Source of the DNA: Lytechinus pictus
Lineage: Eukaryota
Reading direction: 5' to 3'
Length of the DNA: 64,000 nt
Assembly (NCBI RefSeq): GCF_037042905.1
Contig: NC_087260.1
Coordinates: 1,860,001-1,924,000, forward strand
Shown here: positions 63,230-64,000 of the stretch, in pieces
Numbering within the stretch: position 1 is the first letter of the stretch
Layout: every line of letters starts with the position of its first letter
Made by a program: the position numbers and the translations under genes
The notes under the pieces: model-generated
Databases searched by the model: none
Told to the model about the DNA's origin: nothing
Seen by the model: the letters and a program-made list of their open reading frames with translations, nothing else

Positions 63230-64000
63230 CTTTATATCGATGATTTTTCTTGATGTCGAAGCAGGCAGGGAGCTAATTCGCTGGTTTTCTCTATACGCAC
63301 AGAGAGGGCGCGCGATATTATTTAATAAACTTGCTTGTTTACGTTAGATCAGCTGTACTGCTGGTTGCGTTCTAGGCGCTTCGCATTTTTTTTCGCTGTT
63401 CAGCATTATTTTATGATGTAGCGCCATCAGCGATTATATGTGAGATGCAACCTGTTGATTTTTTTGGTACGATTTCCTATTATGCGCCGACGACTTGAAT
63501 CTAGACTGTTCGATAGGAAAAATTCGCATTTCGATTGTTGTTTGCGTAAATCCACCGGAGTATTACTATTAGGATCAAACGGAGTGTCTTGGCTGAGATT
63601 TGGAGGTAAGCGTTTAAAATCCCTTTTTATAAATACGTTCGAGCACATTTTAAAAATTAAATTAAATGATAAGATTTAAATGAATAAATTTAGTATATTG
63701 AGAAGATTTTGGCGTGTTTCATTCTTTCACATTCGTGTGATGAATGAAAACGTCAAAATTCATTATGAAATGACATGCGTTGATGCTTGTGTGAGTGGGC
63801 AAAGGCGCGCGCGTCTCCTTCTACGTTAATCAAGGACCAGCGCCAGCCTATCCAGGAGGCTCCTAACAGCCCTGGGCGCTAATGCAGTTTCGCACCGGTC
63901 AATGACTTACCAGCATACCTCACCACCAGTAACTGTTCACAAATGTCCTAGCAAGTCTCTCAGTCACATTTCGAGGTCAATTACCTCAGGCGATGTTCGT

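Noticed and set aside
63830-64000. GC-richer coding-like stretch at the window edge
   Set aside because: Too short and truncated to assign strand, frame or product.

Overview
AT-rich, repeat-dense animal genomic DNA with spliceosomal introns and four N-gaps. It is most likely an echinoderm (sea urchin), inferred from a close echinoidin-like lectin and the repeat types. I reconstructed three spliced minus-strand host genes by hand. (1) A complete 4-exon, 182-aa secreted echinoidin-like C-type lectin (17652->12457) with a 20-nt microexon. (2) A ~6-exon, ~758-aa uncharacterised, largely disordered protein (40450->25413) with a coiled coil, a PAM2-like motif, and RG/RS-rich and Q-rich regions, preceded by a possible 40-aa transmembrane uORF. 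(3) A GT10 alpha-1,3/4-fucosyltransferase (50209->46885) with a non-canonical signature motif. The rest is mostly mobile DNA: an intact L1/Tx1-type ORF2 with no ORF1, Penelope and CR1/L2-type remnants, tRNA-derived SINEs, a Helentron-type non-autonomous element, many MITEs and a 3.1-kb element with perfect 329-bp inverted repeats. The most unusual structure is a 1.87-kb palindrome (28167-30036) built from four copies of a 516-bp non-coding hairpin element. Each copy carries an internal inverted copy of its own end-to-end junction. All calls are from manual reading; no database search was run.
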